Under the pieces are notes generated by a model that saw only the letters and a program-made list of their open reading frames with translations, made no database searches and had not been told where the DNA came from. The position numbers and the translations under genes are program-made. DNA of 63,859 nt, counting the filler, from Octopus bimaculoides (taxonomy: Eukaryota): the NCBI RefSeq assembly GCF_001194135.2. It is 10 parts of 9 records of this genome, joined end to end, with 100 filler letters (N's around TTAATTAATTAA, not from the genome) between each part and the next. Parts side by side here need not be neighbours in the genome. Positions count along the whole stretch, not along the records: positions 8,879 to 34,777 come from NW_026339627.1; positions 34,878 to 37,407 come from NC_068985.1; positions 37,508 to 49,020 come from NC_068994.1; 7 more parts are not named here. One strand, written 5' to 3'. Each line of letters begins with the position of its first letter. Position 1 is the first letter of the stretch. Shown here piece by piece: positions 27,201 to 39,872 of this stretch.

Positions 27201-27506
27201 ATATATATAAATATATAGTTTTAGGGAAAAGAACCAAGGTTCATGAACTCATCGATGAAAATCCACTGTCACATATAGAAAAATTAATAATTAAAAGCAC
27301 AATAAATGAGTATAATATAATACAAAGTAAATATCATAAGATAAAGATATCTTTATTATTATCTTTATCTTATAATATTTACTTTGTTTTATATTATACT
27401 CATTTATTGTGCTTTTAATTATTAATTTCTCTATGTGACAGTGGATTTTCATCGATGAGTTCATGAACCTTGGTTCTTTTCCCTAAAACTATATATTTAT
27501 ATATAT
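27201..27506. repeat. long near-perfect palindrome, ~150-bp arms, ~10-nt loop
   Basis: 27201-27349 versus 27360-27506, with a few mismatches and a 2-nt indel. Confidence 0.92.
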
Positions 27507-28199
27507 ATATACACACAGACACACAGATGTTGACATTATGCAAGTGCTGTCTTTTGTTTCCAATTTTCTGTAGAAACATGTCTAGCTATGGGGAAATATT
27601 ACCTTACTTGGAAACAAGCAAGGGTGAATGACATGAAGGGCAACCAGCTGTAGGAAATCTGCCACAACAAACTCCATCCAACACATCCAAGCATAGAAAA
27701 GTGGACATTACGAAGATGATGAGGATGTATGCGTGAGTGTGTGTATTTGTGTTTGAATTGCACCATTGTTTGACTAATGATGTTGATTTTTTTTTTGTGT
27801 TTATGTAATTTAGCAATCTGGCAAAAGAGATAAATGAATAAGTACCAGACTTAACAGTATGTACTAGGGTCGATTTGTTTGACTAAACTCTTGAAGATGG
27901 TGCTCCAACATTTTTGTAGTTGAATGTCTTAAACAAGTAAAAAGTAAAAGATAAAAGATAAAAGAAAGATGAAAGTTTATCTAAATAAAGTTGATAAAAA
28001 TTTCACTGTATTTAAATACAATGGCTATCATTATTCTGTTGTGTCTGGGGAGAGTCATTTTCTTATTGTGCCTTTAGGAAAATAAAAATAAGAAATAGGG
28101 GGAAATTTTACCGGTGAGTGTGTTAAATTTTAAGGCACAATAAGAAAATGACTCTCCCCAGACACAACAAAATATGCTTCAACACACGAAATCGCATAA

Positions 28200-28710
28200 A
28201 AAATCTTGCAAACCAAATCCAAAGACTATCATTATGTTCCATGGCAATTTAATATGCTGGTCATTATAACAACACGAAAAATATTTACAAATGCAAATAT
28301 CAACTGTAAAAGCAGGAATTTGATTTATTGTACCAAATTCCCAAATTGTGAAGAAATATGTATATTGACCAAACAAGAAACTTATTACTATTTTTAAATC
28401 TCACAACCTGAGATATTCAGCAATAGTACTTTGTAGTAAAAATTGTTTGCCAACATAACATGGAAGTCCTGGTTTATGATTAATGTTGCTGTAATTTAGC
28501 CCCAGGTGACATCATTTCCAGCTGGCTATGTGACACGATCTGTGTCCTTATATTTTTGAACAAGTGAGTAGGGGTCCTAGATTCTCTTGTTCAAAAATAT
28601 AAGGACACAGATCGTGTCACATAGCCAGCTGGAGATGATGTCTCCTGGGGCTAAACCAGTACTGCCATGTTATGTTGGCAAAAAATCTTTACTTCAAAGA
28701 AACTTATTGT
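28200..28710 (+). mobile_element. Penelope-like element GIY-YIG endonuclease remnant with fold-back
   Basis: Reads NINCKSRNLIYCTKFPNCEE then (frameshift) MYI[D]QTRNL, matching the PLE motif C.S.N.IY...C..C...YIGQT. A 70-bp inverted repeat (28495-28564 / 28586-28655) follows. Confidence 0.7.
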
Positions 28711-29514
28711 CAAAGTGCATGTGAGCCAAAAATGCTAGGGACCCTAATTGGAGGAAGATCCCACTAAGTGGTCATTTGTGAACATCGTCCTCATCCTCAT
28801 CAACATTGCTGTCGTCATTGTTGTTGTCGCCATTGCCGTCGTTGTCCTGGTCATTGTCGTCATCATCATCATCATTATCATCACTATCATCATCCCCATC
28901 ATTATCATCTTAATGTGCTCTTTTCCGAGCACGCATGGGTCAAATAGAATTTGTTGAGACAGATTTTCTATGGCTAGATGCTCTTCATGTTGCCAATCCT
29001 CACCTGTTTCCAAATATGCTAATATTTCTCCCATGGCCTGGCATGTTTTCACATGCTGCAATAAAATTCTTTTAGTGATTGCATTTTATAAACTTTACGA
29101 CACAAATGAAGCCAAAAGCAGAATATACAAAAAAAAAAAAAGAATTTAACTGCAAAATTCAAACAAGTACTGAATAGACCATAATATAAATTTGAATCTA
29201 ACTTGATCTGAAAATGATATTTTCTCAAAAATTATTATAATACAGAAAATATTTTATAGATTATCTTCTTTTGCTAGTAATGTAATGCTACCAAGTAATA
29301 GTTACTGTTGCTATGTAAACAATACCTGATGTTGTAAAACATGAAAGTACTTGTGAAAATACAAAAAATAAACAAGTAAAATGTGAACATCCAGCCATGA
29401 TGGAATTTAACAAACTAATAGCAGTGTCTATCATCATCATCATAAATATACACACACACACTCTTTCTCTCTCACACACACACACACATATATACATTTA
29501 TATATATATCAAAC

Positions 29515-29900
29515 CCATTGGATGCCAGAACTTCATTGTAACAGGGAGCTGTGGTGTCAAAAATCTCTTGATTTGAGGACAAATTTGAGATCTTCTTGCT
29601 AACATCTTTCACTAGGGTAGGTGGCAGGAGGCTGTATTGATATAGGACAGCCTCTCATTTGTTTTACAGTATGGCTTGTATCAACAGGAGCCCAGATCCA
29701 ATGTAACATCTAAGAAGTTTACAGTGGTAAGGTTGGTCTCGATTGTAACCTTAAGTCTCATTGAGCTAAGGGTGCTAATTAAGTCCTTCCTATGCTTATA
29801 TAGGGTATGTCATTTAACTCCTCTAGAGGTAGCCAAAATATCATCTCTGTATAGACCAAAGAGGACTGATGGGAGCCTCTTCTTTAAGGGGTCTAGTATA
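29515..29900 (-). mobile_element. Penelope-like element reverse transcriptase fragment
   Basis: Catalytic FGLYRDDIL (29841-29860), VNFLDVTLDL, YKPYCKTN and SKKISNLSSNQEIFDTTAPCYN; contains stops. Confidence 0.85.
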
Positions 29901-30097
29901 TACAGTTCTGTAAACCTTTATTAAACAGTAGCATTTTCCTAGCATGCATGATTATGTCAGTGTCTCTATCACTAATGTCAGTGAAGCTAAAGTCATATAT
30001 ATATATATATATACATCTGACAATACACCATGAAGCTAGACCCTTTATGAAAAGGAAACCTAAGGTAGTCCCATAAACCAGCCTTCTCCATTTTTAA

Positions 30098-30212
<115 letters not shown>

Positions 30213-30384
30213 GTATATGTATAATTAACATAATAGGGTAAAAATTTGATATTAATTAATATCAATTTAATACCAGGAAACCAACACATTAAAAGAATCA
30301 GAAGATTCAGAAAACATTTTCTGAGATCCTAAAAGGATTATAGTACATGTGTACTATAATTCTTTTATATGTATATGTACGTGT

Positions 30385-30540
30385 ATATATGGCAGGCTTC
30401 TTCCAGTTTCCCTTGACCAAATCTACTCACAAAGCCTTGGTTGACCTAGTAGAAAACACTTGCAGAAATGCTAAGCAGTGAGACTGAACTCAGAACCATG
30501 TAGTTGGGAAGCAATCCTCTTACCACACAACCATGTACAT
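30385..30540 (-). mobile_element. SINE family A head, degraded
   Basis: Homology to 9781-9946. Confidence 0.75.
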
Positions 30541-30671
30541 GAATGTGTAAACATATATGTATATACAGTATATACATATGTATGTACGTATGCATGTATG
30601 TATGTATGCTTGTATATATGTATGTACGTATGTATTATGTATCTATGTATATATCTATGTATGTGTGTGTG

Positions 30672-31455
30672 TGATCATCATCATCATCATCATCGTTTAA
30701 CGTCCGCTTTCCATGCTAGCATGGGTTGGACGATTTGACTGAGGACTGGTGAAACCGGATGGCAACACCAGGCTCCAGTCTGATTTGGCAGAGTTTCTAC
30801 AGCTGGATGCCCTTCCTAACGCCAACCACTCAGAGAGTGTAGTGGGTGCTTTTACGTGTCACCCGCACGAAAACGGCCACGCTCGAAATGGTGTCTTTTA
30901 TGTGCCACCCGCACAAGCCAGTCCAGGGGCACTGGCAACGATCTCGCTCGAAAATCCTACAGGAGCCAGTCAGGCGGTACTGGCAACGGCCACGCTCAAA
31001 ATGGTGCNNNNNNNNNNNNNNNNNNNNNNNNNNNNNNNNNNNNNNNNNNNNNNNNNNNNNNNNNNNNNNNNNNNNNNCCCGCACAAGCCAGTCCAGGGGC
31101 ACTGGCAACGATCTTACTTGGCTTGCCGGGTCTTCTCACGCACAGCCCATTTCCAAAGGTCTCGGTCCGTAGTCATCGCCTCGGTGAGGCCCAATGTACG
31201 AAGGTCTTGCCTCACCACCTCAGCCCAGGTCTTCCTGGGCCTACCTCTTCCACGGGTTCCCTCAACTGTTAGGGTGTGGCACTTTTTCACGCAGCTATCC
31301 TCCTCCATTCTCACCACATGTCCATACCAGCGCAATCGTCTCTCTTGCACGCCACAACTGATGCTTCTAATGTTCAGCTTTTCTCTCAAGATACTTACAC
31401 TCTGACGGGTATTCACATTGACATTACACATCCAACGGAGCATACTGGCTTCATG
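30672..31455 (-). mobile_element. RTE-clade LINE 3' portion with repetitive 3'UTR and (GAT)n tail
   Basis: Reads EASMLRWMC..QERRLRWYGHVVRM..GRGRPRKTW..DRDLWK*. The 3'UTR has internal repeats, and the tail appears as (CAT)n at 30672-30693. Confidence 0.93.
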
Positions 31456-31974
31456 TGATGTATGTATATATATATATATATGTATATATGCATTTGTATG
31501 TATATGTATATATATATCAACATAACTGTTAGTTTGCAAGTTCAAAAAATTCTTTGAGCTCTATGTATGTATGTATGTATCTATCTGTCTGTCTGTCTGT
31601 TTGTCTGCCTGTCTGTCTATCTATTTATCTATCTATCTATCCCCCACCTCTGTCCCTCATGTGTCGACAATAATGCAACCAATCCTGAATCATACAAACA
31701 TTCACACAGACAGCAATAATCACAAATATACGTAACAGATGATGTGTGGGTGGTTTTGTTTGTATGTGTGCATGAGTGTCTGTGTTTATGTTTGCCAATG
31801 TAAACCAGTGCATCAATTTGTGTCTTGTTATGTTGATGTGTAACTTAGTAATTCTATTGGAGTTAATGTGATCAACTTCAAGGTGTTATCCTAGCATGGC
31901 TAAAGACCAGTCTTATGAGCATAATGTACTGCTTTGATTTTATTAATCTTTAGCTGAGATTAGGGCATAGCTAT

Positions 31975-32780
31975 AGGCACAGGCATGGCTGTGTGGTAAG
32001 AAGTTTGCTTCTCAACCACATGGTTCTAGGTTTAGTCCCACTGCATGGTACCTTGAGCAAGTACCCTCTACTATAGCCTTGGGCTGAAAAAAAACTTTGT
32101 GAGTAGATTTGTTAGATGGAAACTAAAAGAAGACTATCAAATATATATATATATATATATATATAAATTCAGAAGAGTGGTACAAGGCACCAATATTTAT
32201 AGGGCTATTTTTTGCTGGAAATTAATACATCTGTATTGAAATAATTTTCATTGATATATATATATATATAAGTTCAAAAGAGGAAAAGGACAAGAAAACA
32301 ACANNNNNNNNNNNNNNNNNNNNNNNNNNNNNNNNNNNNNNNNNNNNNNNNNNNNNNNNNNNNNNNNNNNNNNNNNNNNNNNNNNNNNNNNNNNNNNNNN
32401 NNNNNNNNNNNNNNNNNNNNNNNNNNNNNNNNNNNNNNNNNNNNNNNNNNNNNNNNNNNNNNNNNNNNNNNNNNNNNNNNNNNNNNNNNNNNNNNNNNNN
32501 NNNNNNNNNNNNNNNNNNNNNNNNNNNNNNNNNNNNNNNNNNNNNNNNNNNNNNNNNNATATATATATTTGTGTGTGTGTGTCTTTGTGTCTGTGTTTGT
32601 CTCCCCATCACCACTTGATAACCAACATTGGTCTGTTCGCCAAAAGTGAATGATAGAATATGTAATAGGCTTACAAAGAATAAGTTCTGGAGTTGATTTC
32701 TTCGGCTAAAAACCCTTCAAGGTGGTGCTCCAGCATGGCTGCAGTCAAATGACTAAACAAGTAAAAGAATAAAAGAATTA
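31975..32780 (+). mobile_element. SINE family A split by a gap
   Basis: Head 31975-32140 and 3' part 32575-32780. Confidence 0.75.
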
Positions 32781-33733
32781 GTTTGGTGATTACAAGAGAT
32801 GGTTAGGCCCTTCACAATGAGCATTGCATTCATCATCATCACCATCAACATTTAACACCTGTTTTCCATACAGGCATGGGTTGAACAGCTTGACAGGAAC
32901 TGGTAAGGCCAGGGACCACACCAGGCTCCATTGTCTGTTCTGGTATAGTTTCTACAGCGGGATGCCCTACCTAATGCCAACCATCCCACAGAGTGTACTG
33001 GATGAGTTTTATGTGGCACCATCACAAGTACTTTTTACCTGGGACCAGCATCCACACAATGCTTTTTACATGGCACATTGGTTTTAGGATCCTTGAATTT
33101 AGGCACCCTGGTTTCTGTTGTGGTGAGTGGGTGGGTCTTCACAAGTACAGCAATGCCCCACATATCTCAGCCTCCTGGCATATCCTTTGTAAGGTTCAGC
33201 ATTTTGAGACCAGTCTGAATACTAAAGGGTTAATATAGAAAGGTGTAGATTATAGGAAAATTTTGGTGCCATTACTTGTAGTCACATCAAGTAACCACAG
33301 TGAGACTCCATCTATGGAGAAAAAAATTAAAAATTTTTTCTAAGAGTTCCAGAAGAATTAATAAAGAAAATCTACAAAAAAATAATTCTCAATTCTGCCC
33401 AAAATAACCCTTTTTTGGGGGCAGAATTGCAGACTGGCAGCAACAAAGTATCTAAAAGAAAAGAAGAGAACAACTCCTCTCTAGCTATCTAACAGACTCA
33501 GTATTAGCTAAAGATTGACACAATATGAAAGTGGCAAGTTAAACAAAAGATCGGCTGGTCACAGTTCAATCATTAAAACCTGTCAATTAAAATAGACAGA
33601 CAGAAGAAAACACATGTACCACCTCCACCCATCCATCCACAAACACACATACACACTCATGTATGTAATGTTTAAATGTGTGTGTATGTGTGTGTGTGTG
33701 TGTGTATGTGTGTGTGCATGTAAATCTACATGC

Positions 33734-33769
<36 letters not shown>

Positions 33770-34425
33770 NNNNNNNNNNNNNNNNNNNNNNNNNNNNNNN
33801 NNNNNNNNNNNNNNNNNNNNNNNNNNNNNNNNNNNNNNNNNNNNNNNNNNNNNNNNNNNNNNNNNNNNNNNNNNNNNNNNNNNNNNNNNNNNNNNNNNNN
33901 NNNNNNNNNNNNNNNNNNNNNNNNNNNNNNNNNNNNNNNNNNNNNNNNNNNNNNNNNNNNNNNNNNNNNNNNNNNNNNNNNNNNNNNNNNNNNNNNNNNN
34001 NNNNNNNNNNNNNNNNNNNNNNNNNNNNNNNNNNNNNNNNNNNNNNNNNNNNNNNNNNNNNNNNNNNNNNNNNNNNNNNNNNNNNNNNNNNNNNNNNNNN
34101 NNNNNNNNNNNNNNNNNNNNNNNNNNNNNNNNNNNNNNNNNNNNNNNNNNNNNNNNNNNNNNNNNNNNNNNNNNNNNNNNNNNNNNNNNNNNNNNNNNNN
34201 NNNNNNNNNNNNNNNNNNNNNNNNNNNNNNNNNNNNNNNNNNNNNNNNNNNNNNNNNNNNNNNNNNNNNNNNNNNNNNNNNNNNNNNNNNNNNNNNNNNN
34301 NNNNNNNNNNNNNNNNNNNNNNNNNNNNNNNNNNNNNNNNNNNNNNNNNNNNNNNNNNNNNNNNNNNNNNNNNNNNNNNNNNNNNNNNNNNNNNNNNNNN
34401 NNNNNNNNNNNNNNNNNNNNNNNNN

Positions 34426-34464
<39 letters not shown>

Positions 34465-34877
34465 TATTATATTATGTGAGTGTGTGCATATCTGTGTACA
34501 TACATGCACACACATCCATGTGTATATATGTATGTCCGTTTGTGTGAATGTATGTATGTATGTATATGTATGCATGTATGTACATTTGTGTGTGTGTTTG
34601 TATGCATGTGTGTGTGTGTGTATGTATGTATGGACGTATGTGTTCAATCATTAAAACTTGTAAATTAAAATAGACAGACAGAAGAAGACACATGTACCAC
34701 CTCCACCCATCCATCCACAAACACACATACACACTTATGTATGCAATATTTAAATGTGTGTGTGTGTGTGTGTGTGTNNNNNNNNNNNNNNNNNNNNNNN
34801 NNNNNNNNNNNNNNNNNNNNNTTAATTAATTAANNNNNNNNNNNNNNNNNNNNNNNNNNNNNNNNNNNNNNNNNNNN

Positions 34878-34922
<45 letters not shown>

Positions 34923-35617
34923 GTATGTATGCATGTATATATGTATACAGTCTTACCTACACTCACATTTACACACACACTCTCTCTCACTCTTTCTCTC
35001 CCTCCCTCTATCTCTCTCTCCCTCTCTCCCTCTCTCTCTCCTCTTCTCTCTGGCACACACATACAAAGCAGTTCTACAAGTAGGACAGTTTGTCAAACGA
35101 TATGTGATTGTGATAATAACGGAAATATCAATAATACTGCCCCATAAAAAGGAAGACATCGAAATCAGTCTCATCTCAGTGTTATCTGACTGAATTTCAA
35201 GGAGAATCCTTTATCGCCATTGCTTTTATTCTTGTTCTGATTTTTGGAATAGATTTGCTGAATAAAAGTAATAAAATTTTCGATCGTTTCGGACAAACTG
35301 TAATTCATAAAATCTATAATCATGTTCTAAATGTATGTCGAGAAACGTAAATCTAGAGAGTGAGATCACTGAAATTTACGCACAGGAATAACGAAATATA
35401 TAGCTTTATTTTTATTGAACGATGTGAGTAAAGTGTATACCAACATTTTGATTGCATGACTTGACTGCAAAACTTAGACAAAACGTGTCCAAAAGAGAAA
35501 TGACCATGAACTATTCTCACGTATCATCCTCCACACCAAATGAGAATGAAGGAAAAGTGTCAAAGATATGAAAGAAAATCTTCTTTGAACCCTATGAGAC
35601 AACCGAATACCTTCCGC

Positions 35618-35619
<2 letters not shown>

Positions 35620-35681
<62 letters not shown>

Positions 35682-36420
35682 TAATTCAGGCAGTGTTAAA
35701 ACCCTTGAATTTTTGCACGTGTACCGTGCCTTGCGACCTGCAGCTCAGAGTACCATGTTATCTGCTATTTTCAACTAATACTTTCCTGATTAATCTCGCC
35801 GTGCCAAGAAGATGAAAAATTTTGTAGCAACTCTACTTGAGACTCTATTCCGATTCCCTTTATTTTCCTCTTGATGCTTTCTCACACTGTCCCCAAGGAT
35901 CCGTTCATAATTAGCGCTATCTTCACCTTCTTCATTTTCCACAGTCGGGCTCCCTCGTATTTGATAGGATTGCATATGCCTTCCCTCTTGGCTATTCATA
36001 GGTCAAAGAAGCACGCAACCTCAGTTGTATTGCACATGCTGTTCACTTTCCCCACCACCATTAGGCCTGGCTTGTACTCTAGCACTTGGTCTGTTTGATT
36101 TGGGAAATTCCAAAGGGATTTTGCATGTTTCCAACACCGCCACTCTCTTCGGTTTGTGCTCATACTATGTCTTGCCTCTCTCTACACCCTACTTTTACAG
36201 CTTCTAATGAAGCACGTTTGCTACGTCATCGTATCTTCAAAACATATAATAGTTATGGGCACGTCTAGGGCATTCGTTCTCAATTTGGGCGATGGTTTCG
36301 TGAACCCTATTACAGATTCGCCACAGTAGAGGATCTTGCGCATTCCCAACGCTGAGCCTTCCATTGTGACCAAAGCTTGGTCTTGCGTTACCAGCATGGT
36401 GTTCTTAGCCTCGATCAGCT
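35620..36420 (-). mobile_element. R4/Dong-type LINE 3' end
   Basis: Degenerate QDQALVT, RICNRVHETIA..ECPR, RYDDVANVLH and LLGTARLIRKVL; (TAA)n tail at 35620-35680. Confidence 0.8.
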
Positions 36421-36554
36421 AAGAGAGTAAAGATAATCTTAAATTACAAAATGAAAACTCTTGAAATTACAATTATTCTCGTTTTATATGATAGTGCGGA
36501 TATATGCGATTTAGTCGGTTTATACATGTTAAACCATCTTAATTCGAAATTTCC

Positions 36555-37080
36555 TGGTCATAACATCGACGATGCTTTTCCAGTATCATGCAATTGTGTT
36601 GACCATTCTATGGATTCCTTTAGAAAGTAATTAATTTCTACTTTCAGCTCTTCAAGACTTAACATATCTATCGCTACCAACTTAACTAAAACTAACGTTT
36701 TAGAATTTCCCTTAGTTCTCAAGACTAATTCATATAAGCCGTTCAACAAACCTAACGAGGACTTAGAACATATCAATAAACACTCCTGTTACCCATTTAT
36801 TGTTTTTAAAGAATTCAATTGCAAATATTAGCCGTAGGATTACATGCGTTTCTTCTTCTAAAGAAATACTCGGAAAGGCCGCTCCCTATTATATTAAGGC
36901 CCTACAGGATAGCGACTTTATTGATTACATTTTCTGCATCCCCTATCAACTCTCTCATCTAGTCGTAAGAATAGACGTGGGAGAGGTTTATGGTTTGCCA
37001 TACACACCTTTTCTCCCTTAATGCTAGGACAAATGTGGGTTGAAGATTCTTGTCGGAATTTTGAAGTAGACTACCGGACA
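36555..37080 (+). mobile_element. Penelope-like RT/thumb remnant
   Basis: GHNIDDA (cf. GLYRDD), SYKPFNKPNEDLEHINKHS, ISRRITCVSSSKEILGKAAPYY..AL and PFSLNARTNVG (cf. PPFSxNVxTNIG). Confidence 0.78.
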
Positions 37081-37314
37081 TTTAGTGAAGCATTAACATC
37101 TGGTTTATGTCTGCTTGAAATTGAATTATTGTAACGGTGATTACGTTTCTTGTGTTTTTTTTTTCTTTTTGTCTTATTACAAACGTATCTTGTTTAAATG
37201 TTATCTCTTCAAAAGACAATTGACAAACGATCTTGTTTACAGCTTGATAGATAGCGCAATAAATTATCATTTCGGCTACGAAACACTGGGTAGCGTTACA
37301 GATGTTTGGTCTTG

Positions 37315-37357
<43 letters not shown>

Positions 37358-37374
37358 CCCCCCTCTCTCCCTGT

Positions 37375-37407
<33 letters not shown>

Positions 37408-37507
37408 NNNNNNNNNNNNNNNNNNNNNNNNNNNNNNNNNNNNNNNNNNNNTTAATTAATTAANNNNNNNNNNNNNNNNNNNNNNNNNNNNNNNNNNNNN
37501 NNNNNNN

Positions 37508-37865
37508 ATTGTTATTTTGGGCAAGTCTAGGGCATTCGTTCGTGATATGAGCAATTGTTTCATCCATTCTATTGCAGATGCGGCACAGCGGAGACACTTG
37601 CTCATTTCGTGGCCAAAGCTTGGTCTTGCGCAGCTCTCGGTCTCTTTTTTAGGGTTCCTTTCATCAGCCAATCCCACCTATTTTTTCCAGCAACTTCCGT
37701 TGTGGATACATGGAATCGATTGTGTAGTCCCTTCTTACGTAATTTTTCTTCATATCTTTTTTGTACTTCTTCCTTTGTTTTCTCTATTTTCTCTGCTCAA
37801 AAAACTCTCTCGTTCCTAACTGTCTTTAGCAAGGTTTCCTTACTTTGGACTAGGTATCTCATTAA
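37508..37865 (-). mobile_element. R4/Dong-type LINE fragment (CCHC region)
   Basis: WDWLMKGTLKKETE..AQDQALAT and LCRICNRMDETIAHITNECPRLAQN. Confidence 0.8.
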
Positions 37866-37872
37866 GCTTTCG

Positions 37873-37910
<38 letters not shown>

Positions 37911-38057
37911 TAGTTGTAGTAGTAGTAGTAGTAGTAGTAGTATCATCATCATCATTGTCTCCTTTTTTCAATTTTGCTTCCATTTCTTGCCGAGTGTCTT
38001 CCCAACACCTAGGGCAAAGAAACTCACTTTATTATTATTATTATTTTAATTATTATT

Positions 38058-38385
38058 GGCACTCCATCGGTTACGACGACGAGGGTTCCAGTTGATCTGA
38101 TCAACAGAACAGCTTACTCGTGAATTGAACGTGCAAGTGGCTGAGCACTCCGCAGACACATGTACCCTTAACGTAGTTCTCAGGGAGATCCAGCGTCACA
38201 CAAAATGTGACAAGGCTGGCCGGCCCTTTGAAATACAGGTACTACTCATTTTTGCCAGCTGAGTGGATTAGAGCAATGTGAAATAAAGTATCTTGCTTAA
38301 GGACACAACGCGTCGCCGGGGAATCGAACTCACGATCTTACAATCGTGAGCCGAATACTCTAACCACTAAGCCACGGGCCTTCAC
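38058..38385 (-). mobile_element. tRNA-type SINE family B, full length
   Basis: A box TGGCTTAGTGG and B box GTTCGATTCC; partial copies at ~53065, 57110-57270 and 57994-58180. Confidence 0.85.
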
Positions 38386-38684
38386 TATTTTTATTATTCC
38401 TTTTCTCATTCAGGTTCGATCATATGTGGTTAGTGGGTTTCTACTTGTAGATTAAGTATCCATAAGTTTTCGGCAGTCTTTCAAATGCTTAGAACTCTCC
38501 TGATAATTCTTGCGGTCCCTAAGAGACAAAATTTTGTAGGAGCTCTACCGAACATTCTATTTCAATCTCCTTCAGCCATTTGTCTATATCTTTGCTTACT
38601 GTTCCCAACGCACCAATTATAATAGGCACGACCTTTACAGTTCGCATATTCCAAATTCTTCCTATTTCAAATTTTAATGGATTG

Positions 38685-38739
<55 letters not shown>

Positions 38740-38874
38740 TTATGTTTGACTTTTGCTTTGCATTTGTACAAGCTGGATCCAAGTCTCACCCAGAGACCTC
38801 AAGAGACAACAAGTTAGAAGTTCATGTAGGTGTTATGCCTAGGGTACCATATTATAATTATTATATTATTATTA

Positions 38875-38927
<53 letters not shown>

Positions 38928-39149
38928 ATCTACGAAATTCAGCTTATTCATGGAGGTGCACTAGTTGTTCACTTCCCGTGAACTTTGGTGGGACTTTCTT
39001 CTCAGGTCTTGAGACTTTTGCGTTGTGGTCAGACAGGATATTGGCCTGAAGTTATCAATAGCACTTCCCATTGATGCTTCTTTCTGACAAAATATTGTTT
39101 TGTCTTTGGTCAACCAGCCTGGGATTTATATGTCGTCTTCAAGTAATGC

Positions 39150-39800
39150 CTTTTTATGTGATCTATTTACATATTTTTCCTATCATTTCCCCCAATATTT
39201 TTTTATTCACTGTACCTTGGGCACCAGCAATTATGGGAACTTCATTGACCACAGCTTTTTGGTTTCTCTCCTCAGAGTTTCATATCGCGTTTTCTCCTTT
39301 TTCGACAATTCTACTGTCATCAGGGTAAGCGATGTTTATTGTCAGACATGACGCCACTCCCTTGTCTATCAGTACAATATCGAATTTCCGATGTTAAACT
39401 CTATGATTACAGTGGATCATGAAGTCCCAAAGGATCATAAACTCAGTCATTTTCTACTACACCCTTTGGCTCATGTTTATACTCTTTTCTCACTCTTTCC
39501 AATCCAAATTTGTCACGTAGTTCCCAGTGGACCACTCTGGCAACATTGTCGTGCTTTCTCTTGTATTCCCACTGGTCCAATTTGCAGCATTCGCCTAAAA
39601 TATGTCGCACTCTCTCTCTAGTTTCACCAAACCTTCTGCTTTTTATTTAATTCTGCTGATTGCTTAATTCTGTGATTGACGTAATTAGGTCTTAGTACTT
39701 TAGTACTTGTTCTTGTACTGCTCATATCAAATCCTCCGCGTCAGATTTCAAGCCATATTTTTGTAATCACAGCCATCTTTTATCTAGGCCTGTGTCCTTT

Positions 39801-39872
<72 letters not shown>

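Noticed and set aside
30840-31110. Spaced short repeats superficially like a CRISPR array
   Set aside because: Internal tandem repeats of the RTE 3'UTR in a eukaryotic context; no unique spacers or cas genes.
33389-33430. Small hairpin CAATTCTGCCC...GGGCAGAATTG
   Set aside because: 11-bp arms only; no associated element or motif.
38300-38385. tRNA gene-like A/B boxes
   Set aside because: Head of a SINE; continues into the SINE body and lacks an acceptor stem.
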